DNA from: Marsupella aquatica
Taxonomy: Eukaryota > Plantae > Marchantiophyta
Length of the DNA: 64,000 nt
Reading direction: 5' to 3'
Assembly: GCA_973895155.1 (NCBI GenBank)
Contig: OZ316892.1
Coordinates: 18,652,357 to 18,716,356, forward strand
Within the stretch, counting starts at the first letter, position 1. Each line of letters opens with the position of its first letter. The position numbers were made by a program, and so were the translations under genes. The notes beneath the pieces are model-generated. The model made no database searches, was not told the DNA's origin, and was given only the letters and a program-made list of their open reading frames with translations. This document shows positions 13,857 to 26,111 of the stretch, in pieces.

Positions 13857-14383
13857 TAGCATGAACCTGTTAGCGGATGTCGAAGTAGGTAACGATTACC
13901 ACAGTAGACCACTGTGCCTCCTGCTCCACGAGTAGATCTATTGGGATGCTTTCTCCAAGTCCCTTTCATGCAGCACCTCCTACAAGCATAATAGCCCTTA
14001 ACACACCATCCACCAAATTTACATTGGGCTGGATGATCCCCTGTGAATATGCACAATTGACATCTACATCTAAATGTACTAGTTCGGATCATGGGATGTA
14101 TTATCTCAGGTTGGTAGGAAAAAGTGCAAATGAACCCATCAACAAATAGCTTTTGGAGATCTCTAATTAGTGGCTCCAAGAAAGCATCTAAATTATTGAA
14201 CTTGCGTTTGGTCAATTTCTCTGTCTGACTGTGCGGTATAAACAATACAGGAATTGGCTGCATGTCAGATCTGATGCCCATATTTAGTATACTAATTTCC
14301 ACAGTCCAGGTGCTTCGGTAACTAGACCTAGCAGACTGAAATCCGTCCCAATGAGCCATCAATGCCAGATTTCGAGGATCCCC
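13857..14383 (-). pseudogene. CACTA-like transposase core exon (Tnp2/Transposase_21-like)
   Basis: GDPRNLALMAHWDGFQ, LDAFLEPLIRDLQKL, GDHPAQCK, GYYACRRC. Confidence 0.85.
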
Positions 14384-14543
14384 CTGGTCACATGCAACAG
14401 AAGAATATATCCAAGAAAATAAGAACAAGCATTGCAAAACCAGTGGTAAAAAACATGAATGTGTATATGGAAACCAACCGTGAAGCAAAAAATTAGCCAA
14501 CAAACATATATATGAGATCTTGATTATTTAACATGATTCCTAC

Positions 14544-14710
14544 CTGTGAATGCATTTGCTGTGTCTTGATATGGGCCCCGCATGCACAATCAAACTCATA
14601 GAAAATAATTCCATTGTCTACAACCGTTTTCTCCTTCAGCAGGTCACATTTTTGAGGATACGTCTGGTAGGCAATGTAACATGACCGGCATAGAACGGGA
14701 AGCTCAAATG
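14544..14710 (-). pseudogene. CACTA-like transposase exon segment downstream of the MULE insertion
   Basis: ELPVLCRSC...CACG...MHSQ then GT donor; continues WDPTQTF from 26831 in frame once the MULE is removed. Confidence 0.8.
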
Positions 14711-15418
14711 GGGGAATTTACAAACGATAGCAAACAGATAACAGTAACAGGAAACAGATTCTGGTACCAGTTAAAAGGAGCTGTTACCAGTGAACAGTGT
14801 TTGGATGGTCGTGAACAGTGATCTTAAAAAAAGGTCTCAAAATCTCCATTTGAAAGTACAAGAATAGAAAACAAAACCACCAAACCCTCGTGATAAATAA
14901 AAGAACAACACGGAAACAATTTTTTGAAACATAAAAGACGGCTGCCAATTGAGATACACAAAATCCAAGACAAATACAAGTAGAAAAGAAAGGCCGGAAA
15001 AAACATTCGCATATATTATCGCAAAATAGAAAACGCGCTCGGCTTAAGTGATACAAAATGCAGTTATCAACATCAACAATCTGGCCTAAAATCCCATCCA
15101 TGAAGTCACGGTCGACACCGTCGGAGGTTTTCGACTAATACATGAACAGCGCTCGGCGCTAGCCAAAAACTAACTAGAAAACTAGTCATTTCTTGGAGAC
15201 AAGATGCGTCCAAACCCAGACAACATAGTCAAGATCCATTCCCTCCCACAAAATCCATTGTCATTTCAATAGCGCCCGACGCTAGCCAAAACCTAAATAG
15301 TAGACAACCAGGAAAACCCTAACGCCAGAGCTGAGGTCGACTTCAATGCCACAAAATCCAGAAAACTTTAGCAGCGCCCGGCGCTAGCTTAAAGCGATCA
15401 GCAAAACAAAATTTCCAT

Positions 15419-15880
15419 CTAGCTTTCCGAGTTGCAATCATCATCCACTCCTGCTGCTTCTCTCCGCCGATCTTTCTTGAAGCCGAGACCACGCAAACGA
15501 ACGTATCCCTCTCACGGTCCTCGATGAACAGCCTTTGTAAAATGTTCATTAGGAATATTACTGTCCTTAAAATCAACTCGCCCGAACATTTCTTGTACTC
15601 TTCGATCGATTGGGAGTACCCCATCAACAAGAACTCCCGGGTGAGACGAAAACTGACTAGAGAACGGAGGCGCAGGGGAATCGACAATCCAAGGGATGTT
15701 CTTCTCTCCAGGACTAATAGCCTCATCATACGGGAGAGCATGACGGTTCCGAAAAGTGGAAGTTTCAGTTTCTTCAGTCTCCATCCACGATTCAAAAGAG
15801 CTGAAATGGCTCTCTTCCGGACGCACACGAGAAGGACAAAAAGCTGCCTCCCAATCCATTGGCTCATACTGACTCGCCAT
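15419..15880 (-). pseudogene. Small MULE accessory ORF of unknown function (one internal TGA)
   Basis: MASQYEPMDWEAAF...VHRGP*EGYVRLRGLGFKK...NSES*; the TGA is explicable as CGA>TGA. Confidence 0.45.
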
Positions 15881-16014
15881 GTTTCAAAGATCCCGATCTA
15901 ATATGTAACCTCTCCTCCCGTAAGAACGTTGTCCGCGAGTGCTATAGCCGACAAAGGTCAAAGAAAGGTCCACGAAGACTAAGATGCCAGATAAAGGTCC
16001 GCGTACACTACCGT

Positions 16015-16380
16015 TCCGAAACGACCATCAAACTATCATCGTCCCATTCTATTGCCTCCCGAAACTATCTTCGCCTTGGTAACAGGTATCGTCCCATTCT
16101 ATCGCCCTGCTCTAACGTCCCGTTCTATCGTCTTCCCGAAACAAAGTCTTCCCAAATGAACTATCATCCCGTTCTATCGTCATCCCGAAACAAAGTCTCC
16201 CCTCCCATTCTATTGTCCCGTTCTATCATCCCGTTCTATCATCCTCCCGAAACTATCATCGTCCTCAACTATCGACGTCCCCAACTCTCGTTGTCCTGAA
16301 CAAACCTAAACTGAAACTATAGTCGTCCCTTCCACCCGGTCCCTAAACTATGGAATCATCGTCCCGAAACTATGGTCCCC
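16015..16380. repeat. Degenerate short-motif array (CTATCRTC / CCCGAAAC / CCCRTTCTAT)
   Basis: More than 10 interleaved copies visible upstream of the small ORF. Confidence 0.7.
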
Positions 16381-16694
16381 AACGGTTTTTCGACGACTGA
16401 CTAAAGAACACAATCCAAATGGCAGGTGGTATCCAATAACGATGACCGTTGACAAGAAACAACAAAGACTAAACGGCCATTTAGAGATTCCATTTGGCGA
16501 GCGCCAGGCGCTTGTAAAGAACAGAAGTCAAAAGTAATCAACAAGTAGAGAGAAATCAACAATTTAAAAGGACCCTCAACAGAGGGAAATAATACAGATG
16601 TTACAAGCACCGGGCGCTGCTAAAAGATTTAGCCTCAAATACCCACTACTTCTCACGGTTCCGAAGATTCTAAGTCGGAACCAAAATCTGTACT

Positions 16695-19600
16695 CTAGGA
16701 TCTGTCCGTGGACACAGCCTCATCATCTACGTACTGGCTGCGGGAGAAGTCATCAACATAAGGATGTTTAATGAACTTTCGGTCAACACCCCTTCGTAAC
16801 CGAAGACCTTTGTTTTCCCAGCAAAGTGTCCTTGCACTTTCTGCTTTCCTTGCGGCTTTCTCTGCATAGGAGGGAAGAACAAACGGTTTTTCCGGTGTTT
16901 CTACGTTGTTTCTCGCGATCTTCCTCCGTAGTTTGAATCGTCTCCTTGCATTCCACTCTGACCTGATATAACAAAGTCCATTTTGTAAGGCGCCTTTCCC
17001 CAAAACAACAAAAGAAATGTTTTGAATTGACGGGAATGGAGAAAGAAGCTTACGAGTTTATGAACATGACTCGGAAGAGTCATCACTATCGGTTTCATCT
17101 GCAGCTGCACGACGCTCTCCCTTTTCCTCCTTGGAGTTTCTTGTACCTTGTTCCTCTCCACCTTCACTCGATTCATCATCAGAATCAAAATTGAGAACCG
17201 ACCGAAGCTTATCTCTCTTTTTTTGTTGGCAGTAGGAATAGGTGGAGGTAATACTGCAATCTCTTTGGGAGACAACAAATCCATGAAAACCTTTGAAGCG
17301 GTTTCAATAAATTCTTTCCGGTGTTCTATCCCAAGTACAAATCATCCAGAGAAGTCGCCAGCAATGTAAGAGCCTCCAGCCCCAGCAGTCCAATCCATAA
17401 AAATATCACGAGGCCGTGTGACAAGCTCTATAACAGATTGCATAAAACCCACAGACAGACGAGCATTTCCAGCAAACTCCATTTGCGGGAATGGATCTGA
17501 TTTGAGCGAAGAGAGTCCGATCAAATTGGTAACCGAAGGGTCCTCATTGATGGACAGCGGCCAAAATTTGGGGTCTTTGGGAATTTTACATTTCCCATTA
17601 ATTCGGCCAAATATGTCGAGCCTGAGGGTAAACATCTCTCGGTCTGTCTTTGCCGCATACATTGGGTAAGACATCACAACATTATGCGAGCATATACACT
17701 GAAATTTCCTTGACTCCTGACATGTAGCAATGACTTGCGACATGGGATCGTACTCCCCATTGTGTAGAATTACAAGGAACCCATCATCTGATAAAAATGG
17801 ATCCATGGATTTGAAAAAAGATCTAGCCATTGAGTGATCTGGAATGTTCCATTTAGGAACCTTCTTATCAATGATAGATGGTTTGAACCCGGTCGGTAGG
17901 TAAATGAAGCCGGCATCCACTCCAAACGATCTTACTTTTCCCCCCTGAACAACTCCCTTCTCTTTAAATCCCAACTTAACGAGGTCTTTTCCCCATTTTT
18001 CCACATCACTAACCCACTTGGGCTTCTCCTCCTTGTTGAACGTCGAGTCAAAAAATTCAGAAAGGCTTGTCTCAACCATGCAATGGCGAGACACAGTTGT
18101 TTTGAAGTTTCCAACTTCACGTTGGAAACCAGAAGCTATAACACTCTCCCTTAAAGATTGTCCACCTTTGATAGCTCTCTTTCGTTTCTTCCTGGTACTC
18201 GTGGCGTCGATAGGAACTATAACCTTCCCTTTGTCGACTGGAGTAATGGGGTCCGATCGAGCTCCCGTGTTTGCCTCAGAAACTTCAGGTGTAGCATCCT
18301 TTTTCGTGTTCCCACCGTATTAGACTTCCTCCCTCCTAAAATATAACCAGGTCGTAGTTAGAATAAGTACTTTTAAAGTATTGAAAGAAGCTAGCGCCAG
18401 GCGCTAACCAAATGCAATTCACTTAAGTCGCAACCGAAGCCTAATAACCAAGAAAGAGAATACCCTCAATAGAATATTTTTTGCCAGCGCCTGGGGCTGG
18501 CAAAATCATGGATAGCAATACTTACTCTTCTTTCCAGATTTAGTAGACTCGCTCGGTGCTGCTAGCTCCCCCAGCCTTTGTAAACTAAAGAGGTATACGT
18601 GCGTACACCCCCCTCCTTAGTACCCCTTATTATTTTTGGAAGCCTATAAAAATTTCTCTTGTTATTCTTAAAAACTTAATTTTGGAGAATAAATCTGCCC
18701 CTTTGAGATATTATAATTTCACATTTTACACCATTTATGAAAGCCTTGAAAAGTTATAAATTCATCATTTGCACACGGTTCTAAAACTGACGGGAGTGTT
18801 TTGGAAGGGTTTTGGGTACATACATTTTTGTGTTCGTGACCCTTTAACCCCAAACTTCAACTTTGGGGCATTTTTGAACCACACGGTAGGGTAGTCAGGG
18901 TTCAAAAGCTCCAAAGTCCTAAACTACTCTGAATCATAGATATTGCAAGCATAATTATATGTCATATACACATGTTCCAATAAAGGGTGGCCACAAGGAC
19001 CAATCCTATTGTGACGCGTGTCACATCCATATTACATCACCTCTTGAAGCATATTAACTTGGGCAACATTTATATAAGCCTATATTAGTTAGAAAGGGTT
19101 CTTTGAATAAAACCATCCCTTGATATTTCTAAGCCAATTATAAAAATTAATCTCAAATCAGATTTTTTGCACCCTTCATCCGTTCGCACGTCCAACCCAT
19201 TATTAATAATGCTGGGGGCCCAGGGGCTAGCTCCGCTTTGGCTTTCGCGCGAAGTTTGCGACTCCGATCCACATGCACAACAGTTGTTTCACAGATAGTT
19301 TGCAAGTTTGTGGCAGACTTGTCTACATCGTCAAGTAGACCCTGCTTCATGTCGGACACAAGTTTTGCTGGCATCTGAGACTTTGAAAGCTTATGGAAGG
19401 CATCTTTTTCCCTTTCATCAAAAGGAGAATCCCATCTATCTGTATCTAGATACCAGGGGCAGTGAGTTCTCTCCCATTCTGTCATTGGTCTCGGAGGAAA
19501 TATGCCCTCCGTGGGGTACATAGAGTACAAATCAGCCAAGGCATCATCTTCACTTATTGAAATCCACTTCATAAAAGCTGCAGGATATGCCCAGAAGTAA

Positions 19601-21400
19601 TCAGGTTTGGTTGCCTCCATGTGCATGTAGAACCTATACACAAACCTCTTCGCTCGCTTCTGGTTTCTCTGGGTGTAATCTTCTTTGTCAGGGTACTTTG
19701 AAGGCCACATAGTGTGAAAGAACTTATTCTTCACGGAATCACCAAATCTCTTGAATTCATTTGTAACAAACTGAACTAGATCATCAAACGAACTACAATT
19801 CCACTCTTCCAATCTATTCGCGGGCATGGTTTGCTCAACTTCACGTAGACATGAATGTAACATGCCAGCAGCAATTCCCTCCACACTATTCCAAGTGATC
19901 CAAGTGTGGCACCACTGTTTGACTGGATCATCGTTAACACTTGCTGGGTGAAAAAACTGTCTCCGCAGCTCAAGATTGCAATGTGCCACAAGTAAAGTGC
20001 TTTGTAACTTTGGGTCTAGAGCAGAAACAGTGGTGAACAATCGTGCGCGGTCCATCGTACATACAACGGTGTCAGGCTTCTTCTCTCTCTTGTTTCTCTC
20101 TGTGACAGCATACATTTCTGCACATGTACTGAGGAAATCTTCAAATTCAGGACTTAATAAGGGTGTAATTTTTGAAGACTTCACTGCCCAATATTTGGTT
20201 GCGTCTTTCATCATGGCCGCATGCCGTTTTGAAATCTCGTCCGCCGACCATGGACTCCCTTGAGCCTCCGCTGCCTCCATGTCGAGTTTGAATTGATGCG
20301 AGTACGACTTTATCTTATTCTCACAAAGAATGTAAACAAGTGCTTCTTGTGGCATCTTCTTCGTATACCATGACCCCTTCCGAGTTTTCAGCCGAATGCT
20401 TTCAAACTTCTTGAAATTACCCGGGTCAATCAGTTTACTGTAATACTCAAGGTCATGCGCCAGAATTCGTTTGATTCTGTCCGCATCCAGGATCCAGGAA
20501 GGCTCTACAACTGCTTGGCCAAGCCTACACGAACAAACATTGAGAGTAAGAGTCAATGAAAAACAATTCATGTATAAGCAGCGCTGAGCGCTAGTAAATA
20601 CAGCACTCGCAAGATTTAAGGAAAGAACTGGAAATCATGAGAACTTACTGATTCACGGTGTGCATAGCTGCCTCAATTTCAATGAGAGATCCCTTGTCTC
20701 CTTTAAATATTGTACAGAGCACACGAGGATGATATTTTGGATTGTCCGGGTTCTCCTCTGTTACAAGCGTCCAGGAGTACAGCCTGTGATTTCCATCGAA
20801 TACAGAGAACATCTTATCCTTCAAGACGAGAAAATACGGGTCAGCCTCGCATTTAGCCTCAAACTTCTCATTCTCCAATTGCCATATTGGATCCCATGAA
20901 TCATGAATGTCCTGGGTACAGGTCAGAATAATTCCGTTCTCATCCGTTGGCTGCACATAGAAACGCATCCCTATCGAAGAGTTGTAACCCATACTACGAA
21001 AAGAGTCTTTCAGCTTCTCGATGGAAGAGCTGTCTTTCTATAGAGTACGAACCACCTCCATGTGAACCAATCGACACAGAGGGATTCGAGGCGGCTCCTT
21101 GTCAAATCCACGAGAATCCTTTCCAAAAGACATGACATGTTTCGAAATGAGATCAGTCTCAGCAAGCGCGCAATCCGCAACATCCTGGATCGCAATTGTG
21201 TCTACATTGTCCATCTTTCTTCGCAAAGGATTTGGACCCAAAACACCGCTGACAGAAGTGAGCGGCAACAACTTTGAGGAACGAGTTACACGATGTGTAT
21301 AGACTGAACCAGTAAATGAAGACTACGAAGATTCAGAATAAGCTCGCTCCTGGTCAGGAACCGCACTATACCCTCTAGAAGAAGAGGGGAATACCTCCAT
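16695..21400 (-). pseudogene. Multi-exon gene: ParB/Srx-like domain + helical middle region + beta-class N6A/N4C DNA methyltransferase-like domain
   Basis: Exon 1 21400-20649 (VRTL*...IEKLKDSF..MGY...VFDGNHRL). Intron 20648-20525 splices in frame. Exon 2 20524-18526 is interrupted by a MITE. Intron to 18336, then exon with VDAGFIYLPTG...FLSDDGFLVI...VIELVTRPRDIFMDWTAGAGGS...SG*FVLGIE. The exon 2/3 join needs one further lesion near 18300-18335. Confidence 0.75.
18569..19225. mobile_element. MITE copy 1 (TIR CCCTGGGCCCCCAGC, 8-bp TSD; left TIR missing its outer 8 bp)
   Basis: TSD GCTAGCTC at 18561-18568 and 19226-19233; near-identical inverted copy at 54148-54801. Confidence 0.92.
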
Positions 21401-22364
21401 CGTCTTCCTTCTAGAAGCGTACGAACTATCGTACAATGAAATTATGGAACTATAATCATCTCTGAACGTGTAATATATTCTAGTGGGAGGATGACATAAC
21501 CTAGAGGAAAGCCATTAGCTCTGATGTTTGGCGGTTTCCAACGTCTGTATACGAAAGGTTTAATTACCAAAATCAAACGGTAGAAGATGCGTAACACACA
21601 CGGAAGTCATAAGTTACCGTTGAATGTTACCGTTAAAGACATTTCCTAACATCATATCAATACTAGCGCCGGGCGCTAGCATTAATGATGACCATCAAGG
21701 TGAACAATTTAGAGTATGCTTATAATAGCGCCCGACGCTAGTATAAACTGGAAGAAATTTAGAGGTCTTTTTTGAAGGAGCTATGACATAAATTTTGGCC
21801 TTTCCACCCCCATATTTTATTAAAGTATCCTTCAATATATCGTTTACGGAGAAATATTTCTCAAATGTAATACTAGCGCCCGACGCTAGTATAAATGTTC
21901 ATTTATCATCCATAATCAATCAAAACCATCCTTTGAAGGCACCATTTATTCCCAATTACCACCTGGTATGTGGTCATAATGTTCATTTTCAGGGAATTTA
22001 TTCTATACTAGCGTCGGGCGCTAGTTTGGAATGTCAAGATTTCAGACACATTTTTAGTGGCGTATTTTAGTTAGCGCCAGGCGCTACTAAAATTTGACAA
22101 TACCTTGTCATATCTTATGGTCTGTTTAAGTAAGGTTGGTGATCTTTTTAGCAATATGTTCGTGTCTGACATCCGGACTTCTCGGGGAAAAAATGACAAA
22201 AATCATTTATGGTGCCAACGGATCCTCCATCGTCTATGTTTTATGTCGTATACAAACGGATCGGTTAACGTCAAATTCCCAGGTTCAATAGATATAAGCT
22301 GAACAATACCATGAACTTTTCTTCTTTCAAACGCTATAGCCCTCGGTTTTTGTTTTTGTTCACC

Positions 22365-25300
22365 ATGTCTCGGTCTATCGTTCTTTCTCGATTCGGTTAT
22401 GAAGATATTGTGACTATCCCCGTCCCCATGGAAGATACGTACAAGCAGGTCCGGGAGAGGTATCTTTGCGGGAGATTTGATTTGAAGATGAATGACATTG
22501 AGGCTATTGTTCGAGAGCTCGAATCCATTGATGATATCAAGGATGCTGCAACATTCAATGTCAATGACGGTGAACGGTTTTGGCATCTCTACGCAGGGAT
22601 CTCATACTCGGTTCGTTTAAAACAGCATGCAAGACTGTCCAGTTTCCCGCCGGTTCCATGTGATGTGGTTGAGATTTCTTCAAGTGAGGATGGAGATCGT
22701 ACTCTAAGTCCATCGTCAAAGAAGAAAAGCCTGCTCCCTGCTGCGTGAAAGCTGAGACTCCGGGAAGCTCTAAGCAGTTGGAGGTCGTGTACCGGCGCAG
22801 TGCGATGGATACGTTACTCAAATCAACTGGTCATAGTGAGTTGTCACGGTTCATATCAGCGGGTGATTTCAGGCATGAACAAGTGTCCTGTCTGCCAACT
22901 AAGTACAATGGTAACGTCGTGTTTGAGTTGCCGCCCATTGATAAGATGCTCTCTAAAGGCTCTAGGCTTAGGGACATGGATCGTGCCAAAGATTGTTACA
23001 TTTGGACATGCATATTTCCAATAACTGCAACTGTTCATCCTAAAAACCTTTGGCAGTTTAGGAAGGTTACCTGTACGGGATTCATTGAATGCAGGAACAA
23101 GTCCTGCGACTATTTCCAAAGGAAGAAGAAGGCAAATGGTAAGGCATGGCAGGGTACTCCAAAGCTCAGTGGTCAGTATGCTGTGGGATCTTTCATCGAA
23201 GAGGGAGGTGTTGTTTGTCATTACTGCGAACAGATTCCTTTTTGTGTGAAGTACTGCCCTGCCCGTTTGTTTTACATGTACCCCCAAGTATTACTTGATG
23301 CGGAAACATGTAGTCATATGTCTCGCCTAGCAATTCATATAGGTGAGCACAACCATCCAGGTAGAAAAACCTTCTGTAGGAGTGCGGAGAAGATAGCTGA
23401 GGATCTAATTAAAAAAAACATGAAGCCAATCCTCTGTCAAAACCGGCAGGGATCTTGAATTCTGCTACAGGGTCCTTAGTGAAATCTCTCTGCGAACATG
23501 TTGACGACATGGTCGATATCGAAGAAACTGAATATGGAAGTCTCTGATGGTCCTTTCCACTCCGTAGAAGTTTGCATCTCTTTGTCGGAGCGTTAGGATA
23601 GACCAAAAAGGTCGGGGTGAATTAGATTTTCTCTCGCAAATGCAGAGGAGAATTCATGTGTCGTTTCTCCAGAGGTATTTGCTTCCAGGTCAGGGATGTC
23701 AGAACGATAGGCCTCACATCTTTAAAATGACCGTGAAAGGTCACGGTTCCGGTGTGGATCTTTTGAGGCAGATGCAACCGGGTGGCAGACTCAAAGGAGC
23801 CTGGGTAAGTTTCGATGTGATGCAGCGTGTCACCACGGATTGGTTTACTTTCAGCGCACACGTCTACGACCACAATTTCCGTGCACTATGTACAATTTTC
23901 ACATGCGAGTTGAAAGGTGAAGACACTGAGTCCTTCGAAAAGGCATGGAGAGTGATGATTGAGGTTTGCAAAGAAAATGAACTTCAGGAGGTTGTCATCC
24001 AAGGATTTATGGCCGACAATGCACAAGCTGGATGGAATGCAGTGCGAAATGTTTTTTTTGGTGGACACCCGGACCCGGAGAGGGAGCGCTCTGATGCATT
24101 TCACTTTTATCAATCTTTTCATCGTCATTCCAAGGAAGGAGTACTGGAAGAATGTCAATCGGAGCATCGGAGACTTTGGGAGAAATTGAGAAATGCTCCA
24201 TCATTTGTGGCAGCATACCGGGTGTCCCGAGAGATTGTTGTGTGGTGGCAATCAGGAAATTGTGTCCCCGGAAAGCTGAAGATGCTGCAAAGTTGGATAT
24301 CTTGGTGGGTTGTTCGCTGGCGCCAGTGGGGCAATTTTATTCGAGTGGTAAGGCATCCATCTATCTAGACTGTAATGTTCATCAACTTCATATTAGCGCC
24401 AGGCGCTGGTTATTTTCTCCATACACGTCAAAACAAGTAGTACAAGAAATTGAAGCCAATATGTAGTTAGAATTCAGTATTAAACATTGAAATTGTATTT
24501 CAGGCCTGTTCTACATATTTATGTTGCCAGCGCCGGGCGCTGGTAATAGAATACTACTTACGGTTGACATTTTCGTATGGCAGAGCAAAAGCTCTGAGGA
24601 AGGTGCCTTGATCCCCAACTGTACAGGGTCAGAATCAAGGCATGCGTCCATGAAAGCCTCGGCTACAAAGAAAAAGGTCGGTCTTTATGAAGCTTGCGAA
24701 GTTGACCAAAACCGTGCTGTCTCAAGTTGCCGGATACAGTGCATACCGTAAAGGCTTGAACCGGGGGAAGGGGCCAACTATATGGGAATTGGCGTTCCGT
24801 TCCGCCGATCAAGCAGGTTCGCCAAGATTGTTTGAAGAAGCGACTAATATGCTTCTATCTAACGCAGCAGAATTTGATTTGGAAAGAAGTACTCCCCTGA
24901 ATGGAGATATAATGACGAAGTCAATGAAGAGGAAGGGACATGCAACTGGGACTGTCTCTCCACAAGATTCCCATCGGCATGACACCATTCTAATAACCAC
25001 ACCAAATACTCGTGGTTTGAAAAGGAAGAACCTGAACAGAACTGACTTTTCTTCTATTCCCTCAAGTTCTGATCATCCTGTCACAAAGGCGGTGAATCTC
25101 TCAGGTATGGTCACATCAGAGAGTGATACTGATTCACTGGACTATACTCCTCAAACAACCCAAACAACAAGATCCTCAAAACCTCCGCTCAGTGCCCCAG
25201 CAGCACTTCAGAATCAACTTCCACGCACGATTGTGCTAGAGAAGGATGTCCCTCCGGGGCAGTGGCAGTTGCGACGGACATCGAAGTATGGAGCAGGTCC

Positions 25301-26111
25301 GCAATGCAATGGTACACTGAATGGGAGTTCGGATCGCGATGAGTGTCAAAATCGTATCAAGAAGGTTGGCTTCCATTCGTCTGAAGGTGTTGTCGGAATT
25401 GTCGTGAAGGGCCATCGTCTCTTCAGGGGCGAACCCATCTCCGAAATGATTTGGTTTTGCCCGAACCAAGCGTGTTACAAGAGTCATCCGCGTCGTGGTG
25501 TTCAGAAGCTTCCTCCTTTTCCTGACATTTTGCCTGTTCTGAAGGGTACGAGCCTATCTCCTTCTGAAATTACATTCCTGGAAGAGCAAGGACTTGTCTT
25601 AGCGCGAACAACAGGATTGAGTCAATCTGCGCCATCTGCTTTTGACCTCAGGATAAATGTTAATGTGTTCCCAGAAACAATAAGGTTTTTGGAGCCGAAT
25701 CTCCGACTTGGTAGTCGAAATGGGAGGAACTCAAGGCCTCGGTCTAATCTCACTGTGGGTCACACAAAGCGAATGGAGTCTGCACGACAAGAAGTGATGA
25801 GTTTGGATGGGGAATGGAATGTTCAGACCGGAAATGCTTTTGGAAAGCAATTTCGAATTCGAACCCATGAGAACCATCGATCACCAAGCACATACTTCGT
25901 CCAAATCTGTATCTTCCCCGCTTGCTCTTGTGAAGACTTCTTCCTCCGACATTCGCGTGGCAAGTCGTACATGCCTTGCAAACATCTATACTGGGTGTAC
26001 ATAAATGTTTTCAAACTTGAGATTGAGGAGTCGACTCTTTGTAGCCAACCTATTTTGACTTTAGGCGAAGTCAGGCTTGTGCTGGAGAGGCAGAACTTGA
26101 ATGGCTTATGA
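22365..26111 (+). pseudogene. MULE-type transposase: WRKY/GCM1-like Zn finger, DDE core, C-terminal SWIM finger
   Basis: CTGFIECRNKSC...CHYC...CPAR...HIGEHNHP; SFDVM...GFMADNAQAGWNAV...AFHFYQS; intron ~24348-24583; SESRHA; CSCEDF...PCKH. Several frameshifts and stops. Confidence 0.85.

Noticed and set aside
18548-18560. CGCTCGGTGCT as a 17th palindrome copy
   Set aside because: Several mismatches and inside a coding exon.
16695-21400. Bacterial contamination or prophage as source of the ParB/MTase gene
   Set aside because: Spliceosomal introns, a plant-type MITE insertion and a TSD-bounded position inside a plant transposase gene.
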